Below are positions 35,201-50,200 of a DNA stretch of 64,000 nucleotides, piece by piece (within the stretch, counting starts at the first letter, position 1; each line of letters begins with the position of its first letter). The notes below the pieces were generated by a model, which was not told the DNA's origin, did not search any database, and worked only from the letters and a program-made list of their open reading frames with translations. The position numbers and the translations under genes are program-made. The DNA is from Carcharhinus longimanus (taxonomy: Eukaryota): the NCBI GenBank assembly GCA_030264375.1, contig JASCQW010000112.1, forward strand, positions 15,538,953 to 15,602,952. Direction: 5' to 3'.

Positions 35201-38200
35201 AACCTAAATGCAAGTTACTGTCTAGTGGGCGCATCAAAGGAGCACTTGTATGCTTGACACATATGCTGACGGAACTGGTCTGGGCAGTTATCCATCTGTA
35301 ATAGCCAGCTGCCTCATTCATTCTGACACATGCTGCAGAATCTGCTGTAGCTTAAATGACAACCTCTGAAGTGTCTGTTCTTAGTTGATCTTTATCAATT
35401 ATTTAAATGGCTTCAATCTGAATGGGCCAATTGCCTTTGGCCAGCAAGCATTCCCTTCTATTCCTCACCCAATTTATTTGGGACTAATCATCCGAACACT
35501 TGCACCATCTTCTCTTCTGGCTTTAGAATACAGACAGTAAAATAAATCCACATCAGATGCAAGCATCAACTGTATCAGCACTACCAGCAAATCAAACTTG
35601 TTCCTTTACATTAAACATCAGCAGTGCATGAGCCCAATATTTTATAATATAACTGTATTTCACTTAAATGTGGAAGACTGGGGAAAATTGGAAAAACATG
35701 GTTTTCGGACACATGCAACCTTTGGGAAAATTCACTCTTCCTATTTCTTCCCTTTGCTAATTAGATATTTCTTCAAGAATACAACACTACACTTCAGCAA
35801 GACAGATAAGCTGAACTGGAAGTGTCCAGAGCTGGTTACCAAGTACAAGAGGAGTTCATTTTTATTTCCTAAATTTCCTGAAATTGCATTTTGGCAAAAG
35901 GAAAGCACAGATAGGCAGGAGGTACAAAACTCAAGAGAGGGAAAATACTTCAAAATGTCCTCAAAAATCATATCTGTTATTTTCTGCTATGCACTAAACT
36001 TTTTAATAATGTTTTCATGACTTCAGAACAATGCAGTATTTTGAAGTGTCGCCACGGTTGCAAATAGGAAATGCAGCATTCAAATTACGCCAAGCAAGCA
36101 CTCAAACAGCAATGGGATAATAACCAGACAATTTCTTTTAGTGATGGTGGTTAATGGGATAATATCAGCTCGAACACTCAACTATTTTTCTTCAAAAGAG
36201 GAGGTGGCACAGTGGTTATCCTCACAGCGCCAGGAAGCTGGGTTGGGTCACTGTCTGTACAGAGTTTGCATGTTCTCCCTCTACTTACGTGGGTTTCTTC
36301 TGGGTGGTCCGGTTTCCTCCCACAGTCCAAAGATGTGCAGGTTACGTTGATTGGCCATGCTAAGAAATTGCCCCTTAGTGTCCANNNNNNNNNNNNNNNN
36401 NNNNNNNNNNNNNNNNNNNNNNNNNNNNNNNNNNNNNNNNNNNNNNNNNNNNNNNNNNNNNNNNNNNNNNNNNNNNNNNNNNNNNNNNNNNNNNNNNNNN
36501 NNNNNNNNNNNNNNNNNNNNNNNNNNNNNNNNNNNNNAACCAAGGGCAAAGATTGGCTCAACAACTTCAATACATGTTAGAAATGTTACAGTTACACATT
36601 TGCAGTCATCTTGAAATATTCCAATTTACAAAGACAGAATTCAGACCCATCTTTCACCTTTAAAAAAAATGAACTGGAGAAATGTATTAATTCAATAAAA
36701 TGATTTGCAATGTACCTGTACATTATACAAATTTGTAGTTTCATCAAAGGGAATCAAGCTTAACAACTAGCAGTTCACAACGTTGGATAGTTACATACAT
36801 ATTGGGAACAGACTGCGCTCACCAGAGTAATTGTACTTTTCTACCTCCGTGCTTAAAAAGTCTAATAACTTGTTTGTAGTGGCCAATGTTCTTTTACTCT
36901 TCAAAACAAAAGCAATTTGGCTCTCACTCTTTCCTATAAACATTGTTACTTTAGAGCTTTAGAAATAAAAGTAGCCTTTTGATGGGTTTTGTTTATTCCA
37001 GAAGCCCCAAATGCAGAATTACTGCTAGTACAATTTAATTAGCAGCAAATTAACCATGTTCCATCAGCCTACCTTTCCTTCAAATCACTTTAACAGGACT
37101 AATTTCAAATAAGGCACTGGATTCACAGTGCAGCAAGCTGGAACTCAAATTAGAATTTACAAAAAACTTTAGAAACAAGGAAAGTTGCACTCACTTTCAA
37201 GTGTTCCACTGTGTCAAGGGGAACGAATTAAAGAAATTCCAATTTAAAATGTTCAAGTGGAGAGAACACCACTAGCAGTGGCCATTGTTTGCAGCCAGAC
37301 TGTTTTCAGATCTCCTTGACCTGTTTTCCTTCAAACAACTATTCGACTTTATCTTGAGCGCTGAGCTAATTTCAGCCGCAACCACTGATCTTTGAAGTAA
37401 ATTCAAGTCTTAAAGCTCTACATGAAGTGGTTTCTCCTCATTCTATAAATTTTGTGTGTTCATTCTTGTATCTATGGCCCTTTATCACACACTGGAAACC
37501 AAGATGTGAAGATGCCAGCATCAGACTGGGGTGGGCACAGTAAGAAGTTTCACAACACCTGATGGAGGAGCAGCGCTCTGAAAGCTCGTGATTCCAAATA
37601 AACCTGTTGGACTTTAACGTGATGTTGACAGACTTCTTAACTGTGCACACACTGGCAAGTCAATTTCTATCCACCTGTATTCGTAACGTTCAATATATCC
37701 AAAAAGCCCCTATCGTCAGCGCTGACAAAAGAAAATTGATTTTTCCGACATATTCTTTAGACACATTTCTTCAATTCAGGCAGAAGTACTTTGGAATGTG
37801 AAACCACTTTTATTGATAACTATTACTTCGATATTTGAAAGGCACACTACTGTCCCCGTGGAAGTTTGGGGCAGGGACATTATAAATGCAAGTTGTACCT
37901 GTTGTTTGGATGTTGTTGGGGCGTCACCATTGGAAGATGCTCCTGAAACCAAAACACCATCATCTATACAGCCTATGGATTTAAGTCCTTCCTTGAGGAT
38001 GTCTCTCAGTCTCTGGTACTGGGGTCGGTCTTTGTAAGCCAGAGATAACACATCTTCAAAATATTTTGACAACTCAACTGCATTAAAGAAATAAAATATT
38101 TAAGTCACTTTAGAACAATGGTTCAGTGTCCAACTAAATATATCACAGAAGTTCACCTTTCTCTTCCAATTTTGCTCAGAAGTCAAAGCCACACCTCCAG

Positions 38201-41200
38201 TAGGCATACGAACATACAAACTAGGAACAGGAGTAGGCCATTCAAGCACCTTGAGCCTTCTCCACCATTCAATGTGATAATTGCTGATTTGACTGGGGCG
38301 TCAAATCCACATACTGCCGATCTCTGTTGACCTTTAACTTGTTTGTTAGTCAAGAGCTCTATCGACCTCTGGCATAAAAATATTCAATGACCCAGCCTTC
38401 ATCACTGTCCAGAGTCCCAAATTCACGACCAATGAAAAAATGCTCCCCTCATCTCTACCTCAAACGGGAAACCCTTTATTTTTAAACAGGGAGTGGAGGG
38501 AATATCATATGGTGCGAGTGCAGGAATTGTAACGTTTCTGGAAGCTTTGATGTTGCTTGTTTTTTAATCCTTTCTTTCAGTATTTAGTTACCAAATTTTA
38601 CAACTTGCTATGCTNNNNNNNNNNNNNNNNNNNNNNNNNNNNNNNNNNNNNNNNNNNNNNNNNNNNNNNNNNNNNNNNNNNNNNNNNNNNNNNNNNNNNN
38701 NNNNNNNNNNNNNNNNNNNNNNNNNNNNNNNNNNNNNNNNNNNNNNNNNNNNNNNNNNNNNNNNNNNNNNNNNNNNNNNNNNNNNNNNNNNNNNNNNNNN
38801 NNNNNNNNNNNNNNNNNNNNNNNNTCCTCTTTGTGTCAGAAGTGCAAGGTGGATGAGGGGGATTATCTGCATTGGTTTGGTCTTGTATCAAAATTAAGGC
38901 CTAATGGTTGAATGTTCTTAAAGAGGCTTAGAGGACTTTTGATATGGCCTTAGATCCCTTGCATCTGTCAGACAAAAACATCAGTAATGCAAACGTGAAA
39001 AGGCTGTACAACATTCTAATGTTTAGCAGCATGGAAGGGCAGCACGGTGGCACAATGATTAACACTGCTGCCTCTCAGCGCCAGGGACCTGGGTTCAATT
39101 CCAGCCTCTGGTCACGTCTGTGTGGAGTTTGCACATTTTCCCAATGTCTGTGTGGGCTTCCTTCTACAGTCCAAAAGATATGTAGGTTAGGTGGATTGGC
39201 CATGCTAAATTGCTCCTTAGTGTCAGGGGGATTAGCAGGATAAATATGTAGGGTTACAGACATAGGGCCTGGCTGCGATTGTTGTTGGTGAAAGCTCAAT
39301 GGGCACTGTAGACCTTTTATGATTCTAAGAATATCCTTAGCTCGTGGATTAGTGACATGCCTCCTTCAATTTGGAATTAACATAAAATCATTCTGGAATG
39401 TAGGCCAATGGGATTTTTGGCTTGTTTACTTTGAGCTAAATCGGATACATTCTGTAAAGTTTGGGATTTTAATCTTAAAGTTCTAGGCTCCATCTTATCT
39501 AGTTAACTCCTCCAAGGTATTCCATAAATTCTGCAACTCTGTCACTGTTGTCTCGAGAGCTTGGCTGTGCACATCTGGGTCAAATGTGGCTGCATCCTGT
39601 TATTCCCCCCATCCTTCTATACACATCCTTCCATCTTTGTATAGTGGAAGGTGCAGAATACAATGAATAATCTGAACCAACATTGTTGGTAATTTTTTTC
39701 TCTCTCTACTTGTATTTGTTTGGAGATGATCTGGCTGTACTGTACCAAGCTTTGAGAGTTTATTGCTTTTTTCATGCAAAATGGAAACAGATTCAATAAA
39801 AATATAANNNNNNNNNNNNNNNNNNNNNNNNNNNNNNNNNNNNNNNNNNNNNNNNNNNNNNNNNNNNNNNNNNNNNNNNNNNNNNNNNNNNNNNNNNNNN
39901 NNNNNNNTATCAGTTGAATGAACTTTCTCTGAACTACTTCTAACCCAGTTAGAACACAATTAACCAAATTAATATACAAACAGTGGTAGAATTTTGTAAC
40001 TAGCTATCAGGGGCAGCATACATTGACAGACTACCCCAACATAGCAACCACAGAAAGGTTGCACTGCCATCAAGTACATCACAACAAACAGAGGACAGTC
40101 ATTCGAAATAAAAAGTGAAAAGGAAGGGCCAGCAATATTAAACACTCAAAGCTTTGCAAGAAAATCTGATGTAGCATTAAGGCATATAGATCAGGATTCA
40201 GGAAAGTCCCAGACTCAACCTAAAAGCATAAGGACTAGGAGCAGGAGTGGGTTATCTGGCCCCTCAAGCCTGCTCTGCCATTCAATAAGATCATGGCTGA
40301 TCTTCTTGTGGACTCAGCTCCACTTACCCACTCACTCACCATAACTCTAGATTCCTTTACTGTTTAAAAATATATATCCATCCTTGTCTTAAAAATATTC
40401 AATGAGGTAGCCTCAACTGCGTCACTGGGCAGGGAATTCCACAGATTTACAACCCTTTGGGTGAAGAAGTTCCTCCACAACTCAGTGCTACATGTGCTCC
40501 CCCTCATTTTGAGGCCATGCGCCCTACTTCTTGTCTTCCAACTACTATCCTGCCCCTATCTTGTCTACTCCCTTCATAATCTTATATGTTTCTCTAAGAT
40601 CTCCCCTCATTCTTCTGAATTCCAATGAGTTTAGTCCGAAAGCCAACTTCTTGGATCCCAAGCAAGGTTGCTTTAATTGATTTCAGTGTCTTGAGCCCAA
40701 ATTCCACCAAAACAAGCTATGATGCTCAATTTTACTCCACCTGCCTAAATACTGTGATATGGCGACCTTTTGGGCACTTTATTTTCCTCACAAGAGCTGG
40801 CAAATGCTTGATGTTGCTGAAAACAAATTCAGCAGCATGGTTAACAAGTCAAGTTCAGAAAGTTGTCCTCGAGAAAACCAATCGTCAAAAATTATATGCA
40901 GTGCACCAAATAGCTCTTACAAACATTGTTGGTTCAACCATCAAAACCTTATCCCAGTTTAATGGAAGTACAACTGGACTGGAAATAGGACCTGGAACAC
41001 GCTTTACTGAAAAATAGCTGATCTACTTACTGAGCTGAGGCCGTCACCAATTCCATCCTGAGCACTTACCCAATCCCTTCTTTAACCAGGTAATTCTAAA
41101 CAGCAATTTGTAATTTCTCACCTGGCTTATTCTTGCAAGGAAAGCATTTATCCATCAAACCTTGAATGTTGCTTCTGTATCTAGTATAGAAAACAAAAAC

Positions 41201-44200
41201 TTTAGTAAAGATTTAAGCTTATTTTCATACTGTAGACTTTTCTACATAGTAAGAATATTAGGTTCAAAATACCAATTCAGGAATTAAATTGCATTGCAGA
41301 TCGTCACTTGCATCCCCAATAAACAAATTTGTTAGGCTTGACTTTGGGAATCTGAAAATAATCTTTCAGCATTCAAGCTTTATAAGATGGCAAAGGAGCA
41401 ATAGTACCCATTTAATTATTTATCATTCCCGGCTACTAATGCCACATCATGGTAATCTTTACATTCAAGGTACACGTGTGTGGCAACTTTGACTAGTCAC
41501 TCATTATAATAAGTTTGAATTCCATTTGAATTTGAAGTCAGTGTTCTATCCAATTGGCAACCAGTTCAAGGGACATCACTTTATTGCAAATCAAATGGAT
41601 CACAGTCTCATCAACAAAGCAAACTGTCCTCAGGAGCTTCACAGTTATAGAACAACATGGGGAGAAAGAAACAACAGATGGGGATAAGTGCTATCAAGAG
41701 GATTTTGATGGTAGGGAGATGCATAAAAAGATGAACACCAGAAGTGGTTTGGGCTGGTCCTTAGCCACAGCAGTCTAAGAATAAAGACATTTTTACATTC
41801 ATTCACTGAACCTCTTGCTCTATTTCAAAAATTCCTCCAATTTTCCTTTCAATCGAGTGTTTTGCGTCTCAGCCACTTCATGTGGCAGAGCAGCCCATGC
41901 TTCAAACACTATGTAAAGAAATACTTAACTCTCTCTACTTCACGTTCCATCTCAATATTGCAGTTTTCTCATCCCTGGCGTCAGCCTGCTAAATCTGTGG
42001 TGAACAATATTAATGTTTCTTTTTCAAAAAGGCACTCAAATTATACATACACTATTGGTGGTCTAATGTCTTGAATTAATTCATCATTATTACTTGATTC
42101 TCTCTCGAGGTCATCAGCCCTGGCTCAGTTCTGTACTCTTGCATTAAAGTTTTATGTTCAAATGTCACTTCGGAGCCTTGAAGACATAACCTCTGCTAAC
42201 ACTTCATAACAGTACTGAGAATTTGTTCAACTGTGAGAGATGCCATCAACATCCCGTTTGCTTAGGTGGAGGCAAAATATTCTACTGTATACAAGAACAT
42301 TAGAGTTCTCCAGGTGTTCAGGCCAATAACAGGCAGTTTAACTGAACAACTTGCTAACCAAGTAAGGGACAGCAAAAGAGAAAGCAGGTCCATCAGATTT
42401 GGAAAGAAAAGGGAAAGCTAAAGCTTCTTCAGTACTATATAATTAAGTTCAACATGGCATAAATCCAGTTTCTTACTTGAGTTTTTCATCTCTGACATAG
42501 TTGGCATCCTTTAGATTGTCCTCCCAGGGAAGTTTCCCACTGAGCCACTGCAACATGCAATACCCCAAGATTTCCAAGTCACCACGTCTAGAAGCAGCTG
42601 AAGGTGGAATACATCGTCAATAACATAAAATGTATATTTGGTAGAGATGAAATAGTAAGGAAAAACCTTTCCAATTCATTTGAACAAAAAAAAAAATCAA
42701 CATCCCTTCAGAGAACAAGGATGCTGATCATTCAGCAGCTCACCTGAAACAGTATTAGCATTTAAATACAAAGAAGCTAACAGTTCAATTAACCTACGTT
42801 AAAAGTTAACTGGGGAGAAACTGGTGGAGTGGTCTTAAAACCTGCTGCTGTGCAATAGTGCAATTGATGCTGTAAATTGTCATTGCAAGTCACAGGTGTG
42901 AGCTTTGCTAATATGCGATGCTAATTGGAAGTCAGATATTGTTGTGTTGGAACAGGTAGTGGTGAGAATGTTTATAGATCTTCTGATTTACAGCAGTAAG
43001 GGGCAGGATATGAGGGCAATGTTCAAGTTATAATAGAAGCATAATCTTTAGCAATATAGTACAATGCTGTAACCATACTTAATCACAAAGTATAAAAATG
43101 TATACTATTGGGGCATATTATATCTTTTTTTATTTGATTTGTCACGTGTGTTAGTATACAGTGAAAAGTATTGTTTCTTGTGCGCTATACAGACAAAGCA
43201 CACCGTTAATAGAGAAGGAAAGGAGTGAGTGAAGAATGTAGTGTTAGTCATAGCTAGGGTGTAGAGAAAGATCAATTTAGCGCGAGGTAAGTTCATTCAA
43301 AAGTCTGATAGCAGCAGCGAAGAAGTTATTAGTCATTTAACAGCAAAATAACTTTGAGAAACCCACTAGGCCCTCATACAAAAGCCACTTTGACTTTGCC
43401 ATATATTGTCATCAGTTGCCAACAATATGAAGAGGGAGAGTTTTCTAACAGTGATGTCAGTAGAAAATGAATCTTTGCTGAGTCTCCCAAGAGCTGCTAT
43501 CAAATGGGTGGAGTCTGTACAGCCTGACCTCTTTGGTGGAAGCTTTTTCAACAGCTAGTTGGCTGCTTTTATAGTCATCAAGTTATAACATCATGTGTGC
43601 GTGTGTGTGTGTATATGGGCGCAACCAATTCACTGGGTTTGAAATCCAGAGCAGGCCCAGGTAACTCCAACTACGCTCAATACTGTGAAACTCGTACATG
43701 GTTCTCCTGGGAAAACAGGCTATGATAAAATAACACCTCAAATTGGTCTTGTATGGACAGAGGTTCAGAAATGCCAGTTTTCCCAGCTCACTGAATTACT
43801 GGATTAATATAAAAGTCATTTCAAACAAAATGCTTCATTTAATAAGAAGTACTCGTAGGTTTTAAATTACTGGTTCCGTCGTCAGATTAGCAAAGATGGA
43901 GCACACTGCAGCTGCTCACAAACAACTAATTACTAACTGCTTACTAATTTAACAAAAAACAATTTGGACCATCATAAAAACAGACATGTCCTTGCAAATT
44001 CAAAGTATTAAAAATCTTGCTAGACATCGAGCAGACATCAAGGGTAATGACTCCTCCAGCAGGGTTGCAACTTGCACGTTATCTGAAAATATAGTTTCAG
44101 AAAGTGTAGGGTTCCCTTGGAGCTCAGAGACTTACTTATTAAGGGCATTCAGATATACAACTGTGGAAGAGTGCAGAAACGTACAACAGCTAGTGGTATC

Positions 44201-47200
44201 ATGTGACACTAATTGGAGATCAGATATACTTGCTTTGGGTCAGGAAGTGGTTGAGTTTTTAATTCTTATATACCTGATTATGGTTTAGAACATACAGGGG
44301 GTGGGATGCGAGAGCAAAATTATTTTCAAATTATAGTAGAAGCATAATCTTTAAAAATGCGTAACATACTTAATCACAAAGTATAAAAATGCATACTAAA
44401 GATTTACAACTTTTGCCATTTGGCTGAGTGGCTATTTAATCCAGCACCAAAATTAACATCCAAGCACCATTTTAACACCTTGGGTAAAAATTCTCAGCCC
44501 AAGTTAATTAGCTGGTAAGAGGTTTGAGAGTTGCCTCCTGGTTGCTATGAAACCAATCTAACAGTAAGCTCAAAAGAAAGGAATGAGGTTGCTTCAAGTT
44601 GCATCATTGCTCAGTTCTTCACTGAGGCCCATTTTAGAAATAATCTGAATGACTTGAAATCAATTTCATCCTGATCATTTTTCTTCTAAAAAGTGATTTG
44701 AATTTTTATTATAGTAGTCTACGGTGCTTCTTAATCAGCCTCAATACTTAACAGGCCATTGGTCAATTTGAAAATATGAAATTGTTCTTTAAATTAATCA
44801 GGAGGCCGCTGAATGGAAATACAGCAGGTGTAACTCTGTGGGAGAATGCATTGACACCACAAAATGAACAGGAAGAAAACGCAATAAGTTGAGTTTATGA
44901 AAAGAAAAATAGCACTTAATTTGCTAGGATTTGCAATATATTCAAAATAATATTTTACAAAACACACAAAAGCATGAAAAGAATGCTTCATTAGCCACAC
45001 AGTTAAGGTGACCAAAATAAATTTTCCAGTCATATAAAGACATGGGTAATTTGTGTCTGCTCAGTATAAAATAAAGGTTATAGTTTAATGTGATAAAGTG
45101 TTTAGTTAACTTTCTCACTAATGACGAGAACCAAACCTTGCATGATAATGTTAAAGACTGCTACCAAGATGTAGCAAAAGGCCAATTATTAATAAGCAGA
45201 ATGTCATGTGAATGAGATTATCCAGAGATAAATGACAAGTTAGTTAAGGGTCACTCAGGCTCTGGTGGAAGGTCATTCTAACAGCTGACTATATTCATTA
45301 AAGTGCCATTTACTCTCTCTGTGCAATTCACACTGCACATTACAAATTATTCAACTAGTCGACTCGAGATAAATGCACACCTGATCCAAGCAATCAATTT
45401 TAATATTTCCTATTCAGTCCAGTGTATGCACAATTCTACAACAAATACTCCAGGTCCAAATAAAACACCATCAATTTGTTACATTTAGCAATCCCAATAT
45501 GCTATTGACAATTCATCCAATTTAACAAATTAACTGCAGTTTCATTTCATTTTCTCTATCTGATAAGTGCTCTAAAAATTGTACTGAATGCAAAATTACA
45601 ACAGGAGGCTGCTTTAAATTGATAAAAACATATTTGTCTCAAGGATAGTTTTTTAGAAATCAGGATTGAAGAATAGTGAATTTGAATAGAACTGATAGCA
45701 AGGACAGATAAATATAAAGCAAACCAACCAAATATAATAACCCCAGTACTTTTCATGGATCTAAAACTGGTGTATAACAAGCAATGTGGACATTAAAAAT
45801 CATATCTTGTCCAGGGCAAACAGCCATAATTCCAGTCTTGTCCAGGCCAAAACAAGCCAAAATCAGAGAACACATGGCAGCCAATTTTAGGATTAACAGG
45901 ATGTTACAGTTGGGACTTTTTCCTAACACTTTTTCTCATGTTCACAGCTAGACTCTGTTCCAAAAGCAGCCAGCGTCCCTTATGAACCCAAAGAAATTTG
46001 CCAATATAAATGAAAAATAATTCAGCAAGATGAGATACTCAAGACAAAAACAAAATGTATCTAGTTTATTCATCTAAATAAAGGGGCACTCCTGCTTTCT
46101 GATCTGGCTTTGCAACAAGGCCAAATAATGCATCAAAATATCAAATAAATTGGAAACAAACCTCAACAGCTTGACAAATGCTTTCAAGGTTGTCATGGAA
46201 TGTATCGTTCAAATTTGATCCCTTAATTTTTGATTTAAAAACAAAGACCAGATCAATTATGAAGAAACTGGCTTAAGGCTCCTTTATCCAACCTAACCTT
46301 TTAGCAATTCAGCTGGGATTCACAAACATGCAGAGCAGTACCTTGTAAATGCAAATCTTTAAACTATATATTGTGCAAAAGACAAAAGGGGAGATACAAG
46401 AAAATGATAGCCTTCATTTGCATGATTTAAAATATATGAATGTGTCAGTGCTTCGAGTCATATGCAGACTTCAGAAATAGGTTCTAGTTGTTATGGATTT
46501 CTTCCTCCTTTTCCTATTGTGTTAAAGAGGCACGAGACAAAAGAATGGCAAAAGCCAAGAGGCACAAGAGGGGAGAGTGGAGAGAGTTTAGAGGAAGTGG
46601 AGAGCAGCAAGAGCTTAAAAAAGGAGAGAGTCATGTAGTACAGAAATCCTTAACCTATCCAGTCCGTACCAACAAAACTACACTAAATCTACACTAATCC
46701 CACTTAACAGCACCTGGCCCATAGCCTTGAAAGTTATGGCATTTGAAGTGCTCATCCATGCACTTTTTAAAGATTGAGAGGTTTCCTGCCTCGACTACCT
46801 TCCCAGGCAATGCACTCCAGACTCCCATCATCTTCTGAGTGAAGAAAAGTTTCTTTCGATCCCTCCTGTATCTCTTGTCCCTCACCTTAACATTAGGCCT
46901 CCTCTTTCTTTACCCTTCAACTAAGGGGAATAGCTACTTCCTATCCACACTGTCCATATCCCTCAAACATAAACACCTCAATCATGCCCCCCCGCCCCCC
47001 CAGTCTTCTCTAAAGAAAACAACTCAAGCCTATCCAGCCTCTCTACATCAAATGCTCCACTCCATTCCAATCACATCTCAAGAGGGGAGAAAGCAGGGAT
47101 GGCTTACGACAGGCCAAAGTGGGGCACAGGAGGGGTGAGAGACATGTGCTCAGAGAGACACGAGAGGGAGAGGGCAGCAAGAGTTAAAAGAGGCACAAGG

Positions 47201-50200
47201 GGGGAGAGAGAGGCGAGCGCTTAGAGATGCATGAGAAGGGACAGAGATCAGTGATCAAGGCTGGGACGTAAATATTGAAGGGTATTCAATATTTATATCA
47301 GATAAAAAGACAGGCAGCTAGGAAAAGATGATGGTAAGTTCAATTAATAACATCATTGATATAGTAGTAAGAAATGACCTTGGTTTAAAACAGCAAGATC
47401 AGCCTGGATAGAGAGAAGAAATAATAAAGGCNNNNNNNNNNATCTGCAAATAGCCGGTTAAAAACCACAATAGTAGTTACATGGTAGGACAGACTAAACT
47501 AGGGGAGATAACTGGGGCTTGTAAGAAAGTACTACAGTAATTATAGATGACTTTAATCTACATGAAGATTGGACAAATTAAACTGGCAATGCTAGCCTAA
47601 AACACGAGTTCATAGAGCATATTTCGGATCATTTCTTCGAGTAGTATGTCGTATAGTCAATCAGGGAGCAGGCTATTCTGGACCTGGTAATGAGCAACAA
47701 GACAGGATTAATCAATAACCCCACATTAAAGAACTTTCAGGTGACAGTGATCATAACATGAAAGAATCACATGTTCAGTTTGAAGGGGAGAAGTGAGACT
47801 ATGATTAGTGTTTTAAACCTGACTAGAGGCAATTATGANNNNNNNNNNNNNNNNNNNNNNNNNNNNNNNNNNNNNNNNNNNNNNNNNNNNNNNNNNNNNN
47901 NNNNNNNNNNNNNNNNNNNNNNNNNNNNNNNNNNNNNNCAATTATGAGTATGAAAGCAGATCTAGGTAAAGCAAATTGAGAAACTAGATTAAATGGTAAA
48001 ACAGTAGAGATGCAGTGGCAGATTTTTGAAGATATTTAACAACTCTTAGCAAAGATTGATCCCAGTGAGAAAGAAAGACTCAGGGAGAATTCATCATTTA
48101 TGAATATGTAGTTAAGGAATATATTAAAAGAAAGAGTGTACAAATCTTTAAAGATTAGTGATTGGATTGGTCAAATCATAAGAACAAGTAATGACTAAAA
48201 ATAGAGGGTGAAAGATGAGTACAAGAGAAAACAAGCTAGTAATAACACACAGTTGAGTGGTTTACAAGTATTTAAATAGGGAAGCAGTAACTAAAGCTCC
48301 TATTGGTCCTCTAGAGTGTGTCTCTGGGGAACTGATAATGGAAAACTAAGGAATGGCTTACTATGGCATTGAACAGGTTAGTCTTCGCTGTAGATTTAGA
48401 AAATTTCTCAAAGATATTTGAAAATCAAGAGATTAATGGGAGGAACTTAAAACAACCACTAATTGGGAAAAGGTGTTAGAAAAACTATTAGACCTAATGT
48501 TGGACAAGTCCCCAGGACCAAATGGTCTGCCACTTACATGTAGTAACTGCAGAGAAAGTAGATGCATTGGTTACAACCTCCAAGACTGCTTAGATTCTGC
48601 AAGTGTTCCAATACATTGGAAAATAGCTCATCTAACACCTTTATGCAAGAAACAAGGGAGACAGAAAGCAGGAAACTACAGATCAGTTAACCTAACATCC
48701 ATCATAGGGAAATTGCTAAAATCCATTATTATGGTGGCTATAGAAGGATATTTAGAAACTCAATTTGATCAGGCAGAGTCAACATTGGGAAATTGTGTTT
48801 AATTTATCCTAAGTAATACACCACTCCTTATTCTCGTCATCTTCTCCACCCAGTCCATTTTGCGTTGAATAAATTCAGTGACTCAGCCTCCACTGCTTTT
48901 TGGGAAGGAGAATTCCACGTAACGATCCTTCGAGAGGAAACATTTCTTCTCACTTTCATGTCAGACAAAAGACTTCTGATCGATCACCACAAGTAGAAAC
49001 ACCTATCAAATCAAATCCCCTTAGGATCTTCTATGTTTCAATAAAATAACCTCTCATGCTTCTAAACTCCAATGGGTATAGGTCCAACATGTTGAACCAT
49101 TTTTCATCAGATGCCCTTTATCCCAGGTGAGTCAAGTAAATCTTCTCTGAACTGCTTCTAATGTAATTATATCTTTTTCAAATAAGGAGACCAAAATTAT
49201 ATGCAATATTCCAGAAATGGTCTTGCCAAGGTCCTACAGTCTTCACTACTTTTATATTCCAGCCCACTTGCACTAAATTTTATTTGCTTTTCTACCCGAG
49301 GCCAGAATCAAACCCAGGTCTTGGTGCTGTGAGGCAGCAGTGTTAACCACTGTTTTGCCATCGTGAGATCAAATTTCACACCAAGTCACCATCAGTTTCA
49401 GGCAGTTGACAGAGGCAGGGATAGAATCGGTATCTAGGGAGCGAACTTTGTAGTGGAAACAAAAAAAAACAATGGCTTTAGCAATCCCAATATTTGATTT
49501 GGAGAGATGCTGATTCCTCCAGTGCAGGAAGGGAAACAAAGCAATCTGACAATTGAGAAACAGCGGAGAGGCAGAGAGAGATAGTATTAAGGTAGAACTG
49601 ACTACCATCAGCTGACCAGTTGAAAATGACACCCAAGGGGGCAGGAAAACAGAAATGAAGCCCAGACTGTGGCAGAGCTCAAAATTTATGACATTAGACG
49701 ACCTTCTGTAAATTGACCAATATTAAAACTGATCACCGAAATTTAGGAAACTAAGAGATCATGACTTTTACAGAGAAAATATTGGTTATTTGAATGCGGA
49801 CCATACCAAAACAGTTCCATTGTTAACTTAAAAAAAGCATTGTAACCAGAGCAGTACAAGTAGCTTAGCATATGCTTGTGTATAACCTGAAAGATTGTCT
49901 AAAAATGATTAAATATATACCTGCTCCTTTATGTGCATCAGTACTTGTAAACTCGAGGGTCCCATCATGGCAACGTTTTGGATCTTCCTTGTATTCTTTG
50001 TGCACTCCTTCTGGACAGTATCGATATGCAAGGCCATAATCAACTAAATATACCTAAGAGAGTTAAAAGTACAAGGTTGAGAAAGTGCATGTTATGGACA
50101 AGATAATCTCAGACAGCATGAATGGAAATGAGGGAGCACAGGATTAGCAGGGAGCAATGATTTGAAAAAAAAAAACACCTCATTAAGAGATGGATACACT

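Noticed and set aside
35598-36020. 140-aa ORF antisense to a VRK1 intron
   Set aside because: Non-ATG start, composition typical of AT-rich non-coding DNA, no homology recognised.
37195-37208. 14-nt micro-exon-like signal (acacag|...|gtgagt) after VRK1 exon 11
   Set aside because: Frameshifting, with no supporting homology; exon 11 splices cleanly to 26528.
42590-42597. AASRRGD instead of the human APSRRGD
   Set aside because: This position varies in the VRK/CK1 family and the catalytic motifs in the window are intact, so there is no sign of a pseudokinase or pseudogene.
45805-45864. Two-copy tandem repeat of about 30 bp (tcttgtccagg..aaac..gcca)
   Set aside because: Ordinary small tandem duplication; no array or CRISPR-like structure anywhere in this eukaryotic window.
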